Origin: Candidatus Saccharimonas aalborgensis
Lineage (GTDB): Bacteria; Patescibacteriota; Saccharimonadia; Saccharimonadales; Saccharimonadaceae
Assembly (NCBI RefSeq): GCF_000392435.1
Contig: NC_021219.1
Coordinates: 450,001-482,000 of the forward strand
Length of the DNA: 32,000 nucleotides
Reading direction: 5' to 3'
Below are positions 15,780-24,511 of the stretch, one piece after another; within the stretch, counting starts at the first letter, position 1, and every line of letters begins with the position of its first letter. The position numbers and the translations under genes are program-made. A model generated the notes under the pieces. That model worked only from the letters and a program-made list of their open reading frames with translations, searched no databases and was not told where the DNA came from.

Positions 15780-16123
15780 ACGGTTTCAATTCTAGTCTGG
15801 GGTATGAAAAAGTCAGAATCTTATTACAGTTCTCACTTTGTCTTTTACGGCTTGGCTCGCACTGGCAAACGAACTGCGAACGGCAAGTATGGGCTATGCC
15901 GACAGCGAAGTTCGTAATATAAAAGGCTTGTTGCTAGGCGTGGCATAGCCCCCCTATGCCTTGACCCTGATATTTTCGGAAGCCCGTAAACGCACTACCT
16001 ACCTAAATTATCGTGGCTAACAAAAAATCGTATGTTTTCCGTTTAGCCCAACAATTCAGCAAGTCTAACAGTGGTCAGGTTGTTAGGAAAGATTGTTGGC
16101 TTCAACCTGTGTTGATACGGCTG

Positions 16124-16129
16124 TAAAAT
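16124..16129 (+). promoter_or_regulatory. -10 hexamer TAAAAT (preceded directly by TG) exactly 6 nt upstream of ATG 16136
   Basis: The sequence reads cTGTAAAAT-agcaat-ATG. Confidence 0.4.
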
Positions 16130-16135
16130 AGCAAT

Positions 16136-17086
16136 ATGACAAAGCAGATAACAAAGAAACAACACTTCGCACCACGCTTTTACTTCAAGCGGTTTGCGGT
16201 TGATAATATGTTACAGACTTTAGATATTCAAAAAGGCAAACTCATAAAACCACGACCTTATAGCGGTGTCTGTTATGCCGACTTTTACTACGCCGTTGAA
16301 ACTGGAAAAGAAGACGAAACAAGCCAAGTGTTTGAGCAGTTTTTCGGCGAGATTGAAGATAAGTTTGCCAAAGAATACGACAACATCATTGACGCAATAT
16401 GGAATTATAGACCACTGACAGACCAACAGTTAGATACTCTTGCGTGGTTTATGGCGTCCTTGTGGATTAGAAGCCCGCATATGCGAAACCAAGTGAATAA
16501 GACTATGGCTGACGGTATGAAACAAATGACTACAATGATGGCTTCGCACCCGAACTTTACCGAAGGTGCTAAAAAGGCTATGGAAGAAGAAGGACATCAA
16601 GTAACCGATGAACAAATTGAAGACGCCAGAAAAACATTTGTAAGTGGCGAATACGAACTGACTTTTGATAATAACGTCAACCACCTAAACCTGATTGCCC
16701 ACTGCGAAGAGTTTTACAGATGGTTTCTTATAAAAAACTGGCGGTTCTATCTAGCCAAAGGCTCAAAAAAGTTCGTAACTACGGACACGCCAGTGATTGA
16801 AGTTTTCAATAACACTGGTAAGACAATGGTTGAAAAAATGTACAGCAACCACATCGCCCAAAGACGACACTACCTTGCCCTGACACCTGAAATACTTATT
16901 GAACTTATAGACCCTCTAAAGTCTGGTAAAAAGCAGAAACGCCACGCTATAACAAATGATGAAATGATAATTCAGAGTAACTTACTACTTGTGCGTTGGT
17001 CTAAAGACTACGCATATGCCAACAACAAAGAGTATCTGGAAGACTTATTGCCCTTCTATACAGGCGTACCGACAGAAGTGATATAA
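16136..17086 (+). CDS. DUF4238 domain protein
   Basis: The N-terminal KKQHFAPRFYFKRF matches the DUF4238 HyvPqfyLk.F signature. 316 aa. Confidence 0.6.
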   Translation: MTKQITKKQHFAPRFYFKRFAVDNMLQTLDIQKGKLIKPRPYSGVCYADFYYAVETGKEDETSQVFEQFFGEIEDKFAKEYDNIIDAIWNYRPLTDQQLDTLAWFMASLWIRSPHMRNQVNKTMADGMKQMTTMMASHPNFTEGAKKAMEEEGHQVTDEQIEDARKTFVSGEYELTFDNNVNHLNLIAHCEEFYRWFLIKNWRFYLAKGSKKFVTTDTPVIEVFNNTGKTMVEKMYSNHIAQRRHYLALTPEILIELIDPLKSGKKQKRHAITNDEMIIQSNLLLVRWSKDYAYANNKEYLEDLLPFYTGVPTEVI

Positions 17087-17098
17087 GGTTGGAAAAGG

Positions 17099-17290
17099 TT
17101 ACTTATTGGCGTTATGTCGCTTGGAAATACGTAGATACACAAACAATAACGGCACGAACACAACTATCGCCACGACAGTAGTTACAAGCAGGTTAGTACC
17201 TTCTGGGTCATTGGGATTGGCAAGCCATAGGACTAGTCTTGAAGTGGCAAAAGACACTATCACAAGTATGAGCAAGGTAACGTATTTCAT
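17099..17290 (-). CDS. Small membrane protein (63 aa, two predicted TM helices)
   Basis: VTLLILVIVSFATSRLVLWLA and LLVTTVVAIVVFVPLLFVYL, with a basic tail. Confidence 0.4.
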   Translation of the reverse strand: MKYVTLLILVIVSFATSRLVLWLANPNDPEGTNLLVTTVVAIVVFVPLLFVYLRISKRHNANK

Positions 17291-17296
17291 AATTGG

Positions 17297-18151
17297 CTAC
17301 TTTATCTCTCGTGCATACAGTGCTTTTACAAACTCTGGGTCATCGTGATTGACGAACAGACCCTTGTTTTCGTCCAGCCCAGCAATAGCGGTCATATCTT
17401 CGTCTGACAACTCAAAGTCAAACACATTGAAGTTTTCAACTATACGCTCTTTATGCGTTGATTTTGGTATGGCTACCACACCACGCTGTATATTCCAACG
17501 TAACACAACCTGCCCGACAGACTTGCCGTGTGCCTTTGCGATACGAGCCAGCGTTTCGTTAGTGAATAAGTCTTGCCTGCCTTCCGCAAAAGGTGCCCAG
17601 CCTTCGTGAATAATGCCATATTCGTCCAAAATCTTACGTGCTTCTGCTTGCTGATTGAAGGGGTGTGTTTCAATCTGATTGACCATTGGCTTGATTTTAT
17701 TGTTCAGCACAAAATCAACCACCTTCACACTAGTAAAGTTAGACACGCCGATGGCTTTTACTTTACCTGCCTCATACAATTCTTCCATCGCTCGCCACGC
17801 ACCGAATACGTCATTATATGGTTGGTGTATCAGATATAAATCAACGTATTCTACGCCAAGTTTATCTAGTGAACGTTGAAAAGCCTCTTTTGTCTTTTCG
17901 TAGGTAGCGTCAGCGAGCCACAATTTAGTTGTCAGAAAAATATCTTCTCGTGGCACACCACTACGCTTGATACCACGACCAACGGCTTCTTCATTTTGAT
18001 ACGACTGTGCGGTGTCTATAAGGCGATACCCAGCCTGTAATGCGTCATAGACGCTCTGTTCGGCTTCTTCGTTAGTCATCTGAAAAACACCAAAGCCAAG
18101 AGCGGGCATTTGGACACCGTTATATAGGGTAACTGTCGGAACTTTTGTCAT
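17297..18151 (-). CDS. Aldo/keto reductase (2,5-diketo-D-gluconate reductase-like)
   Basis: PALGFGVFQM..., GYRLIDTAQSYQNEEAVG, LDLYLIHQP, IGVSNF, IPKS...RI.ENF are the classic AKR motifs. SD aaaaGGAcgtaATG. Confidence 0.9.
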   Translation of the reverse strand: MTKVPTVTLYNGVQMPALGFGVFQMTNEEAEQSVYDALQAGYRLIDTAQSYQNEEAVGRGIKRSGVPREDIFLTTKLWLADATYEKTKEAFQRSLDKLGVEYVDLYLIHQPYNDVFGAWRAMEELYEAGKVKAIGVSNFTSVKVVDFVLNNKIKPMVNQIETHPFNQQAEARKILDEYGIIHEGWAPFAEGRQDLFTNETLARIAKAHGKSVGQVVLRWNIQRGVVAIPKSTHKERIVENFNVFDFELSDEDMTAIAGLDENKGLFVNHDDPEFVKALYAREIK

Positions 18152-18287
18152 TACGTCCTTTTCTATAAATACTTTATATCTCTATTATACGCCCCGCCGA
18201 TAGGGGGGTAGTCGCCCTTTGTTTCGCCGTTTGACACTCCGCTATATGAAATGCCGATTTTTTGGGGGTCATTTTGCCAAGCGTTTT

Positions 18288-21116
18288 TTAGGCAAGCAAC
18301 TTACTCTCAAAATCTAGGGCAAACTCGCTTTCAGGGCGTGGGTCAGTGTTATAGAACTTTATACCGATTGGCTTTATTTCTTTGTAGCCGTGCTTACTCA
18401 TTTCAGCCAGATAGTCTTTGTATGCCTGCTTATCGTTTTCGTTGGTATCAAACACAACTTCACTGTCATCGTTTAGGCTTATCAAGGCTTCTTCTTTCCA
18501 AGCGTCTTGTTCAAGTATATGTCCGCCCTTTGGCTCAATAATGACTTGATAATACAACTGTTGATTGACCACATCGTTGATAATAAGCATATAGTCTGGG
18601 CTAAACCTGCGACCATCTTTTAGGCTATATAGCCAGTAGTCTAGTTCGTTACGAATAAGGTATATTTCCGAACCTTTGTATTTGGTGTGTAAGTCTTCAA
18701 TCTGGCTCGCAAGATATTTCACAAAGCGTTTTTCTTCGCTCGTACCGTAGTTTTCGCTATACGCATACCAGTCAGCACCTTCTACGTTGAACTGTAAGTC
18801 AGGATTGTCGTGGTCGCTTTGGGCTTTGGCTCGCTCGTCAGTGCTAATAAACACCTTCTCGCCAGTAGCAGGGTCAATGGACGGAAATGACATAAGGTAT
18901 ATGTTCTTTTCCCTACCGAACACCTGCGATAACGACACTGGGCGAAACTTGTTACTGCCTGCTTCTCTTGGCATAAAAATGTCTATACGTCTACGAACTT
19001 CTGGCAATATCGCACCAACAAGCAATTGTAGTTTTTCCTGTGCGTTCAGTAAGCCAATGTCTTTGCCGTCTTCGTAAGTGTAGGTAATCTCGTATTTAGG
19101 CAGATACTTCTCAATCAGCTCATCAACCGTCTTCAAGTCAGGTATATGCTGAACCAAGTTGTTGTAGCGGAAAAAGTTTGCTTCGGCTGAAACTAACGCT
19201 TTGCGAATAATAGGCTCAGCAAAAAACTCATCGGTAATGCGAATAACTTTTGTTTTCTGGCTCGCAATTTGTTGGTTTTGCTCGTAGTCAGACAAGCCCC
19301 TTGCTCGCAGATTATACAAGCCTGCCTTTATAGTGCGGTTGAAAGTAGTGTCTATTTCATCATCGGTTGTTTTGGTTCGCTTGACTGTATGATTGACCAG
19401 CACAAAGCCTTTCTTGTAGGTTTCGCTTTCAAGAAACTTCTGTTTGAGCGTAATGGTCTTTCGCTCAACACCTTCGTTTATAATGCCTTCGCCAAGCAAA
19501 TCACGCTGTAAGTTTTCTAGAAACATACCAGTCTTTACAAAGTGATACACAAAGGTTTCTAGCACACGCCCACGCTCAAAAGGTGCGTTATCAAACTTTC
19601 GGCGGTCTTTATCAAACTCTAAATTGCGTTGCGTAAAGTCCAGTGCGAGCCTACCGTCATCGGCGTCAGGTTTATACGAGCGTGGCAGTTCATACGGAAA
19701 ATACCTAGCCCCACGACCAATCAACTGAATATCTTGTAGCGACACCTTTTTGGCTTCGCTAATATCAAAGTGGATTATGTCGTAAAGGCTCAATACGTCC
19801 CAGCCTTCGTTCAAGGCATTGACGCTAAATATGGCACGAATAGTATTACGTGGGCTGTCCAGTAACGGCAACAGTTCGGCTTTTTCTTTCTTCTGGCTGT
19901 TGTATATCAGCGTATTATCGTGGGCAAAACTGGCTCGTATTTCACTGACGAACTTGTTCAAACCTTCCCAGTCGCCTTGCGAAACCATACCGTTTTTAGG
20001 CTCACGAAGCCAATCAAACATATCCTTCAATATCTCGTGTTCGTGATTGTGATTTTCTTTGCCAAGTTCCTGTAAGCGTTTCAAGTCATCTGGTCGTAGA
20101 CTAGAAACTACCGTATCAAAGAACGCACGGTCTTCTTCGCTCTGGGCAATCTTTACGGACTTTACCAGCACAATCGGTTTCATATCTACGCCCATTTCAC
20201 GCTCGGCTAAAAGTCTACGGTATTCACTCAAAGCAACAGCGTTTATTATCAGCAGACGCTTTTGGTCTTCGGTATGAACTTCCTTGTTGTATAGGAACTT
20301 CACATCTTTGCTATACCCATCACGGTTGAATTGTAAAAAGTCGTAACGATGAACAAGTTTATCTTTATACTTTTCGTGTATGGCTTGATTGGCTAAATCA
20401 ACCGTTGCCGTGTATTCAAGTAACAGGTTTTCTTCACGAGCCTTGACCGCCGATAATACGGCAGTTTCCCAGTTTCGCACTTCTTCAACATCAGCCTTCT
20501 TTTTGCTTCGTGTATCTACGTTCAGCCTGTGTGCCTCATCAGCAATAACAACTACATTATTATCTACAAAGTCTTGGGCTGTCAGTCCGTTTTCACGGTC
20601 TTCAAGCAGACGGTTATAAAGTAGCGAGGTGCTGAAAAACATAAAGTTGATAGCGTTGCGGTCAGCGTCCGCTATGCTTTTTGTTTCTTTTACGGCTACG
20701 TTACGCCCATTTACACGAACGCCTTTTGGATTGAACAAATACTTCTCAAACTTATAGTCGGTAAAGTTTTTTAGTGCTTGGTCTTTGATTTGTATTTGAT
20801 GAACTAGAAACAAGAAGTTGCGGTAGCCTTGTGCGTAAAGATAAAGCACCACAGACGCCATTACAAGCGTTTTTCCTGTGCCAGTCGCCATATTGAACAA
20901 CAAGTGTTTGGCGTTGGCTCTGTCGGTTTCGTATAGCCAAATAAAGTGCTTCAAGGCTACTACTTGGTATTCACGCAGGGTCTTGCTCAAATTGTCGGTA
21001 ACGTATTCGGGAATAGTGTAATCGGCTTGCCACGCTATATAGGCAGGGTCGTTTTCTATCTGGTTGAACAGAAAGTCATTGAGCGTAGCATTTATTTTAG
21101 TTTTCGTTTTCGCCAT
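18288..21116 (-). CDS. res: Type III restriction enzyme, Res subunit (SF2 helicase + endonuclease)
   Basis: Motif I is LFNMATGTGKTLVMA and motif II is VIADEAHRL. 942 aa, overlapping the mod gene end by 20 nt. Confidence 0.9.
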   Translation of the reverse strand: MAKTKTKINATLNDFLFNQIENDPAYIAWQADYTIPEYVTDNLSKTLREYQVVALKHFIWLYETDRANAKHLLFNMATGTGKTLVMASVVLYLYAQGYRNFLFLVHQIQIKDQALKNFTDYKFEKYLFNPKGVRVNGRNVAVKETKSIADADRNAINFMFFSTSLLYNRLLEDRENGLTAQDFVDNNVVVIADEAHRLNVDTRSKKKADVEEVRNWETAVLSAVKAREENLLLEYTATVDLANQAIHEKYKDKLVHRYDFLQFNRDGYSKDVKFLYNKEVHTEDQKRLLIINAVALSEYRRLLAEREMGVDMKPIVLVKSVKIAQSEEDRAFFDTVVSSLRPDDLKRLQELGKENHNHEHEILKDMFDWLREPKNGMVSQGDWEGLNKFVSEIRASFAHDNTLIYNSQKKEKAELLPLLDSPRNTIRAIFSVNALNEGWDVLSLYDIIHFDISEAKKVSLQDIQLIGRGARYFPYELPRSYKPDADDGRLALDFTQRNLEFDKDRRKFDNAPFERGRVLETFVYHFVKTGMFLENLQRDLLGEGIINEGVERKTITLKQKFLESETYKKGFVLVNHTVKRTKTTDDEIDTTFNRTIKAGLYNLRARGLSDYEQNQQIASQKTKVIRITDEFFAEPIIRKALVSAEANFFRYNNLVQHIPDLKTVDELIEKYLPKYEITYTYEDGKDIGLLNAQEKLQLLVGAILPEVRRRIDIFMPREAGSNKFRPVSLSQVFGREKNIYLMSFPSIDPATGEKVFISTDERAKAQSDHDNPDLQFNVEGADWYAYSENYGTSEEKRFVKYLASQIEDLHTKYKGSEIYLIRNELDYWLYSLKDGRRFSPDYMLIINDVVNQQLYYQVIIEPKGGHILEQDAWKEEALISLNDDSEVVFDTNENDKQAYKDYLAEMSKHGYKEIKPIGIKFYNTDPRPESEFALDFESKLLA

Positions 21117-22806
21117 AGAACTTGTCCGTTAGTGCCTTTTCGTCTGCTGACACTGTATGCCGTGTGTCGTTCATATCGGCGTAGTTTAGGTATAGTTGGT
21201 TTTCGTCCAGTATGTCGGCAAGTGCCTGCTTGCGACCATCTAAATCTTTGTTTCGGAAGTTTTCGTCTTTCTCAAACTCGGCACGGTCAAACCAAAACTT
21301 CAAGAAGGCGTTGTTACGCATATCAACATACAAGTCTTCCAGTTCCTTTATGCTCGTGGCTTCCATAATGGCGTCAAGGTATTCTTGGTTGTATTTCTTC
21401 AACTCAAAATACACAAACGAAGTGTCGCCGTAATACTTCTTTATGGCGTTCTCTAAACGCTTGAAAGTAACATTGTTTACGTAGTTCATTTGCTCAATCA
21501 AGATAAACTTACGGCTACCCCCATCTTCGGCATTTTGAGCCATTACAGCCTGTGCGGTAGTGCCTGAACCACCAAAGAAGTCCAGCACGATGTCATTAGG
21601 CTCTGTGCTGATTTGTATGCTGTCTTTTACTAACGCTACTGCCTTCGGGTAACTAAAAGCCTTTTCGCCAAGCAAGTCTTTCAGACTTCCTGTGCCAGAC
21701 GCACCAGAGTATTCAGGCTTGAACCAAACCGTTTTAGGCTTTTCGCCTTTCATACGGTCTTTGGTAAATAGTCTATATTCGCTATCAACCTTTCGTGCTT
21801 CTATCTCTGTTTGCCACTTTTCTTCAACCATAGCCTTACCCCAACGCCATCGTCTTTCAACACCGTTGGTGTCAATAGGCAGTATCTCTACGTAGCCATC
21901 AGATGACGGCTTACTTGTTGTAATGTCCTGCGTGTCTGGGTTGTAGAAAATAGGGTAAAACATCGTGGGTCGGTCTTCACGCAAAGAACCATCGCCACTA
22001 CGCTGTAAGGCACGTCTTTTGTATCTACCTAGTTCGTCTTCAAGTTGGAAGCGGTCTGAATTATCAAGTACCAACTCTTTTATCTCTGCCTTTTCAGCAT
22101 TTTTGGCATACACAATCTTATTTTCGTGTGCCTGTGAAAAGAACTTGTTGAAACGTCCGCCAAGATTGTTTACTACCGCCAAAACACCAATTCTATTCTC
22201 AAAGCCAAAAATCTCATCAGCCAAAACGCCCAGATAAAATAGTTCGTAGTGGTCAATGTCTATAAAAATCATACCGTCTTCGGTAAGTAGTTCTTTGGCA
22301 ACTTCCAGCCTGTTACGCATAAAAGTAAGCCACGAACTGTGATTGAAGTTATTGTTGTAGGCAAACGTATTGGCGTCTGTGCGTGTGTTGTAAGGCGGGT
22401 CAATGTAAATGAACTTCACTTTGCCAGCCAACTTCTCACGCAGAGTATAGAGTGCCAAAAGGTTATTGCCCTTGATAAGCAGGTTTTGCGTCAGGTTGCC
22501 GTCATCGTCAAAGAACGAAACATCGCTACTCGCAGTTAGCGGTCTTTCGCCGTCCTTATCAACATAGCGGAAGTCAGTCAGCACCTTTGGTTCTTCAAGC
22601 GTGTCTATATCTTTGGTGTCTAACTCTTGATGTAAAAAGCGTTCATCACGCCCCACATCTTCTTTACTCATACCTGCTTCCAGCACGGTGTCCTTGAACG
22701 GAAAAGACAATACAACGTCATTATCGTTCTTTATGAAACTGCCCCTGCTAGTGCTGTATAAGCCAATTTTATTCGGTAATTCGGTATATCTGCCTTTTTG
22801 TGCCAT
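21097..22806 (-). CDS. mod: Type III R-M Mod subunit (N6-adenine DNA methyltransferase, beta class)
   Basis: Catalytic FIYIDPPYNT and the AdoMet motif DFFGGSGTTAQAV in Type III/beta order. SD AAGGAAG. Confidence 0.9.
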   Translation of the reverse strand: MAQKGRYTELPNKIGLYSTSRGSFIKNDNDVVLSFPFKDTVLEAGMSKEDVGRDERFLHQELDTKDIDTLEEPKVLTDFRYVDKDGERPLTASSDVSFFDDDGNLTQNLLIKGNNLLALYTLREKLAGKVKFIYIDPPYNTRTDANTFAYNNNFNHSSWLTFMRNRLEVAKELLTEDGMIFIDIDHYELFYLGVLADEIFGFENRIGVLAVVNNLGGRFNKFFSQAHENKIVYAKNAEKAEIKELVLDNSDRFQLEDELGRYKRRALQRSGDGSLREDRPTMFYPIFYNPDTQDITTSKPSSDGYVEILPIDTNGVERRWRWGKAMVEEKWQTEIEARKVDSEYRLFTKDRMKGEKPKTVWFKPEYSGASGTGSLKDLLGEKAFSYPKAVALVKDSIQISTEPNDIVLDFFGGSGTTAQAVMAQNAEDGGSRKFILIEQMNYVNNVTFKRLENAIKKYYGDTSFVYFELKKYNQEYLDAIMEATSIKELEDLYVDMRNNAFLKFWFDRAEFEKDENFRNKDLDGRKQALADILDENQLYLNYADMNDTRHTVSADEKALTDKFYGENEN

Positions 22807-22827
22807 TTGTCGCTACTTCCTTATATG

Positions 22828-22846
22828 TGCTAACACTTCGTTAGCA
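22828..22846. promoter_or_regulatory. Perfect inverted repeat TGCTAAC-N5-GTTAGCA (operator candidate, mod-proximal)
   Basis: tgctaac acttc gttagca, 22-40 nt upstream of the mod ATG. Confidence 0.5.
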
Positions 22847-22885
22847 AACCATCTGTTATCAAATATAACAAATTATCACTTGTTT

Positions 22886-22904
22886 TGCTAACTCTCTGTT
22901 AGTA
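22886..22904. promoter_or_regulatory. Second copy of the same inverted repeat, TGCTAAC-N5-GTTAGTA (13/14), XRE-proximal
   Basis: tgctaac tctct gttagta, 32-50 nt upstream of the XRE ATG. Its centre is 58 bp from that of the first copy. Confidence 0.5.
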
Positions 22905-22935
22905 GTGTTTGACATCTTTGACAGCGAAAATAACT

Positions 22936-23172
22936 ATGATGGCATACGCTAATAAAGCATTTGACGCCTTCACTGTAAAACTTGGTCGTAAGATACAGGA
23001 ACTTCGTGAAGCCAAAGGTTACTCGCAAGAAAAACTTGCGTATTTGTCCGATTTGGACAGAGTTTCAATTGGCTATATTGAGCAGGGTCGTAGAAGCCCA
23101 AAACTCTCTACCTTGTTCGTATTGGCAAAGCAGTTAGATGTTAGCGTTGCGGACTTCTTTACTGGTTTATAG
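22936..23172 (+). CDS. XRE-family helix-turn-helix regulator (possible controller/C-like protein or element repressor)
   Basis: LGRKIQELREAKGYSQEKLAYLSDLDRVSIGYIEQGRRSPKLSTLFVLAKQLDVSVADFF is the HTH_3/XRE pattern. I prefer ATG 22936 to TTG 22909. Confidence 0.8.
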   Translation: MMAYANKAFDAFTVKLGRKIQELREAKGYSQEKLAYLSDLDRVSIGYIEQGRRSPKLSTLFVLAKQLDVSVADFFTGL

Positions 23173-23179
23173 TTGTTGG

Positions 23180-23368
23180 TTAGTTTGATTTTTCAATAAA
23201 CTTTATTAAGTCGGCTTTTTTGTATCGCATAGCCTTGCGTGTTCCAAGACGGAACGCCTTCAATGTACCGTTTCTGTCCCAATTACGAAGCGTTGGCTGA
23301 CTGACTTGTAGAAACTTGCTCGCTTGGGCAAGCGTCAGGTATTCAGGTTCGTCATTTTTAGCGTTCAT
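23180..23368 (-). CDS. Excisionase-family / MerR-like HTH DNA-binding protein (HTH_17)
   Basis: YLTLAQASKFLQVSQPTLRNWDRNGTLKAFRLGTRKAMRYKKADLIKFI is typical of Xis/AlpA-like HTH_17. Confidence 0.7.
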   Translation of the reverse strand: MNAKNDEPEYLTLAQASKFLQVSQPTLRNWDRNGTLKAFRLGTRKAMRYKKADLIKFIEKSN

Positions 23369-23381
23369 ACTACCAATATCA

Positions 23382-23409
23382 TATAATAAGTACCAAATAC
23401 TTGGAAGTA
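23382..23409 (+). promoter_or_regulatory. TATAAT box followed by an AAGTA-N5-TACTT-N2-AAGTA repeat cluster, upstream of the 23429 operon
   Basis: TATAAT lies at 23382-23387. The inverted and direct AAGTA repeats at 23388-23409 overlap the expected transcription start. Confidence 0.35.
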
Positions 23410-23428
23410 TTGGGAAAGACGTAGCGAA

Positions 23429-24178
23429 ATGGCAGATGACAAAAGTAGTAAAGAAGTTTCACTAAACCTAGATGACCCGAAATATAGTAAGGGGCTGTCT
23501 GTTGGCGAGTGGCAAAAACTTTCCAAGCAAGACCCAACTACGCTGACCCCTTCACAACAAAAATCACTTACGCAAGCAAACGATAGTTTTAGAGAAGCCA
23601 CAAAGGGGCTATCTGCTCAACTGGCTAATATGACCAAAGGTATTTCAATACCTGGCATACGCTCGCTTATACCCGATATTCCAAAGGCGTCAGTCTTGTC
23701 TATGTCAGACTTCTCACTACCGCCAATTGAAACATACCAGCCTAACTTTGATGAGATAGACTTTACGCCCGATACAACAATGGTTGATAACCAAATCAAA
23801 CAGACCGCTTTATTAGAACGCCTGCTTGAAGTCCAAAGCCAACAGCAACAAAATAGCGATTTGATGAAACTGATTGAGCCTCGCTATGACCGCAAGAAAC
23901 GAGTTATTACGTTTGCCAATACCCAAGTACGACTAACTGCCGACAGCGACAATGAAATTATATGTAAGAAGTTATTCTGGGACGGACGCCCCGTAAGACG
24001 CCCTGTTGAAAAAGGCGACATTATGGAACTGCTAGGTACTACCGACAAGAAGGCTTTCTATAACAAAGTCGCTTCACTGAACAAAACCGTTGAAAAAGCG
24101 ACAGGTGTTGAAAAGTTATTTGATTTTGTTGATAAAAAACTCTGGTTCAATACCAAATACGTAGAATTACCTCTGTAA
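23429..24178 (+). CDS. Hypothetical protein (249 aa), no recognised domain
   Basis: Long ORF and first gene of the plus-strand element operon, with a Gln-rich central linker. Confidence 0.5.
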   Translation: MADDKSSKEVSLNLDDPKYSKGLSVGEWQKLSKQDPTTLTPSQQKSLTQANDSFREATKGLSAQLANMTKGISIPGIRSLIPDIPKASVLSMSDFSLPPIETYQPNFDEIDFTPDTTMVDNQIKQTALLERLLEVQSQQQQNSDLMKLIEPRYDRKKRVITFANTQVRLTADSDNEIICKKLFWDGRPVRRPVEKGDIMELLGTTDKKAFYNKVASLNKTVEKATGVEKLFDFVDKKLWFNTKYVELPL

Positions 24179-24214
24179 GACGTCTGCGGACACCTACTTT
24201 CACATACTGGAAGT

Positions 24215-24427
24215 ATGGACAACCAAATAGAGCCAAAGCCAAATACAGCCGTTATTGACGAGCCTGAATTGGTATTAGACGAAGACGAGCAATTTCAACT
24301 CGCCAAGTTTCTTGACGCTCTTTTGGAAGCCGATATGACCAACAAAAGTAACGAAAGGAAGCAAAGTAGTGAAAGCGTTTTATCACACAATAGCAGTAGC
24401 AACTTTTCATTTGAGCCGATGGGCTAA
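24215..24427 (+). CDS. Small acidic hypothetical protein (70 aa)
   Basis: ORF in operon context. It contains the helix ELVLDEDEQFQLAKFLDALLEADM, which recurs in a degenerate copy at 27540-27610. Confidence 0.4.
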   Translation: MDNQIEPKPNTAVIDEPELVLDEDEQFQLAKFLDALLEADMTNKSNERKQSSESVLSHNSSSNFSFEPMG

Positions 24428-24511
24428 CAGCCTAGCCTACGGTCTTGCCGTTGCCTGTAAGTGGGCAACAAACAAAGACATTGAAAAAGATTTAGAAAGG
24501 CAACGCAAGCG

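Noticed and set aside
15780-16135. tRNA or tmRNA gene as integration target at the island edge
   Set aside because: No acceptor/T-arm pattern (GGTTCGAATCC-like) or cloverleaf could be built on either strand.
18152-18287. Rho-independent terminator after the res gene
   Set aside because: Only a 4-bp GC stem (CCCC...GGGG) without a following U-run. On the minus strand, a TATAAT for the aldo/keto reductase lies 2 nt downstream of the stem. Not convincing as a terminator.
22908-22923. Tandem TTTGACA repeats (22908-22914, 22917-22923) as the -35 box of the XRE promoter
   Set aside because: No acceptable -10 lies at 16-18 nt spacing that would still place the transcription start upstream of ATG 22936. 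Left uncalled.
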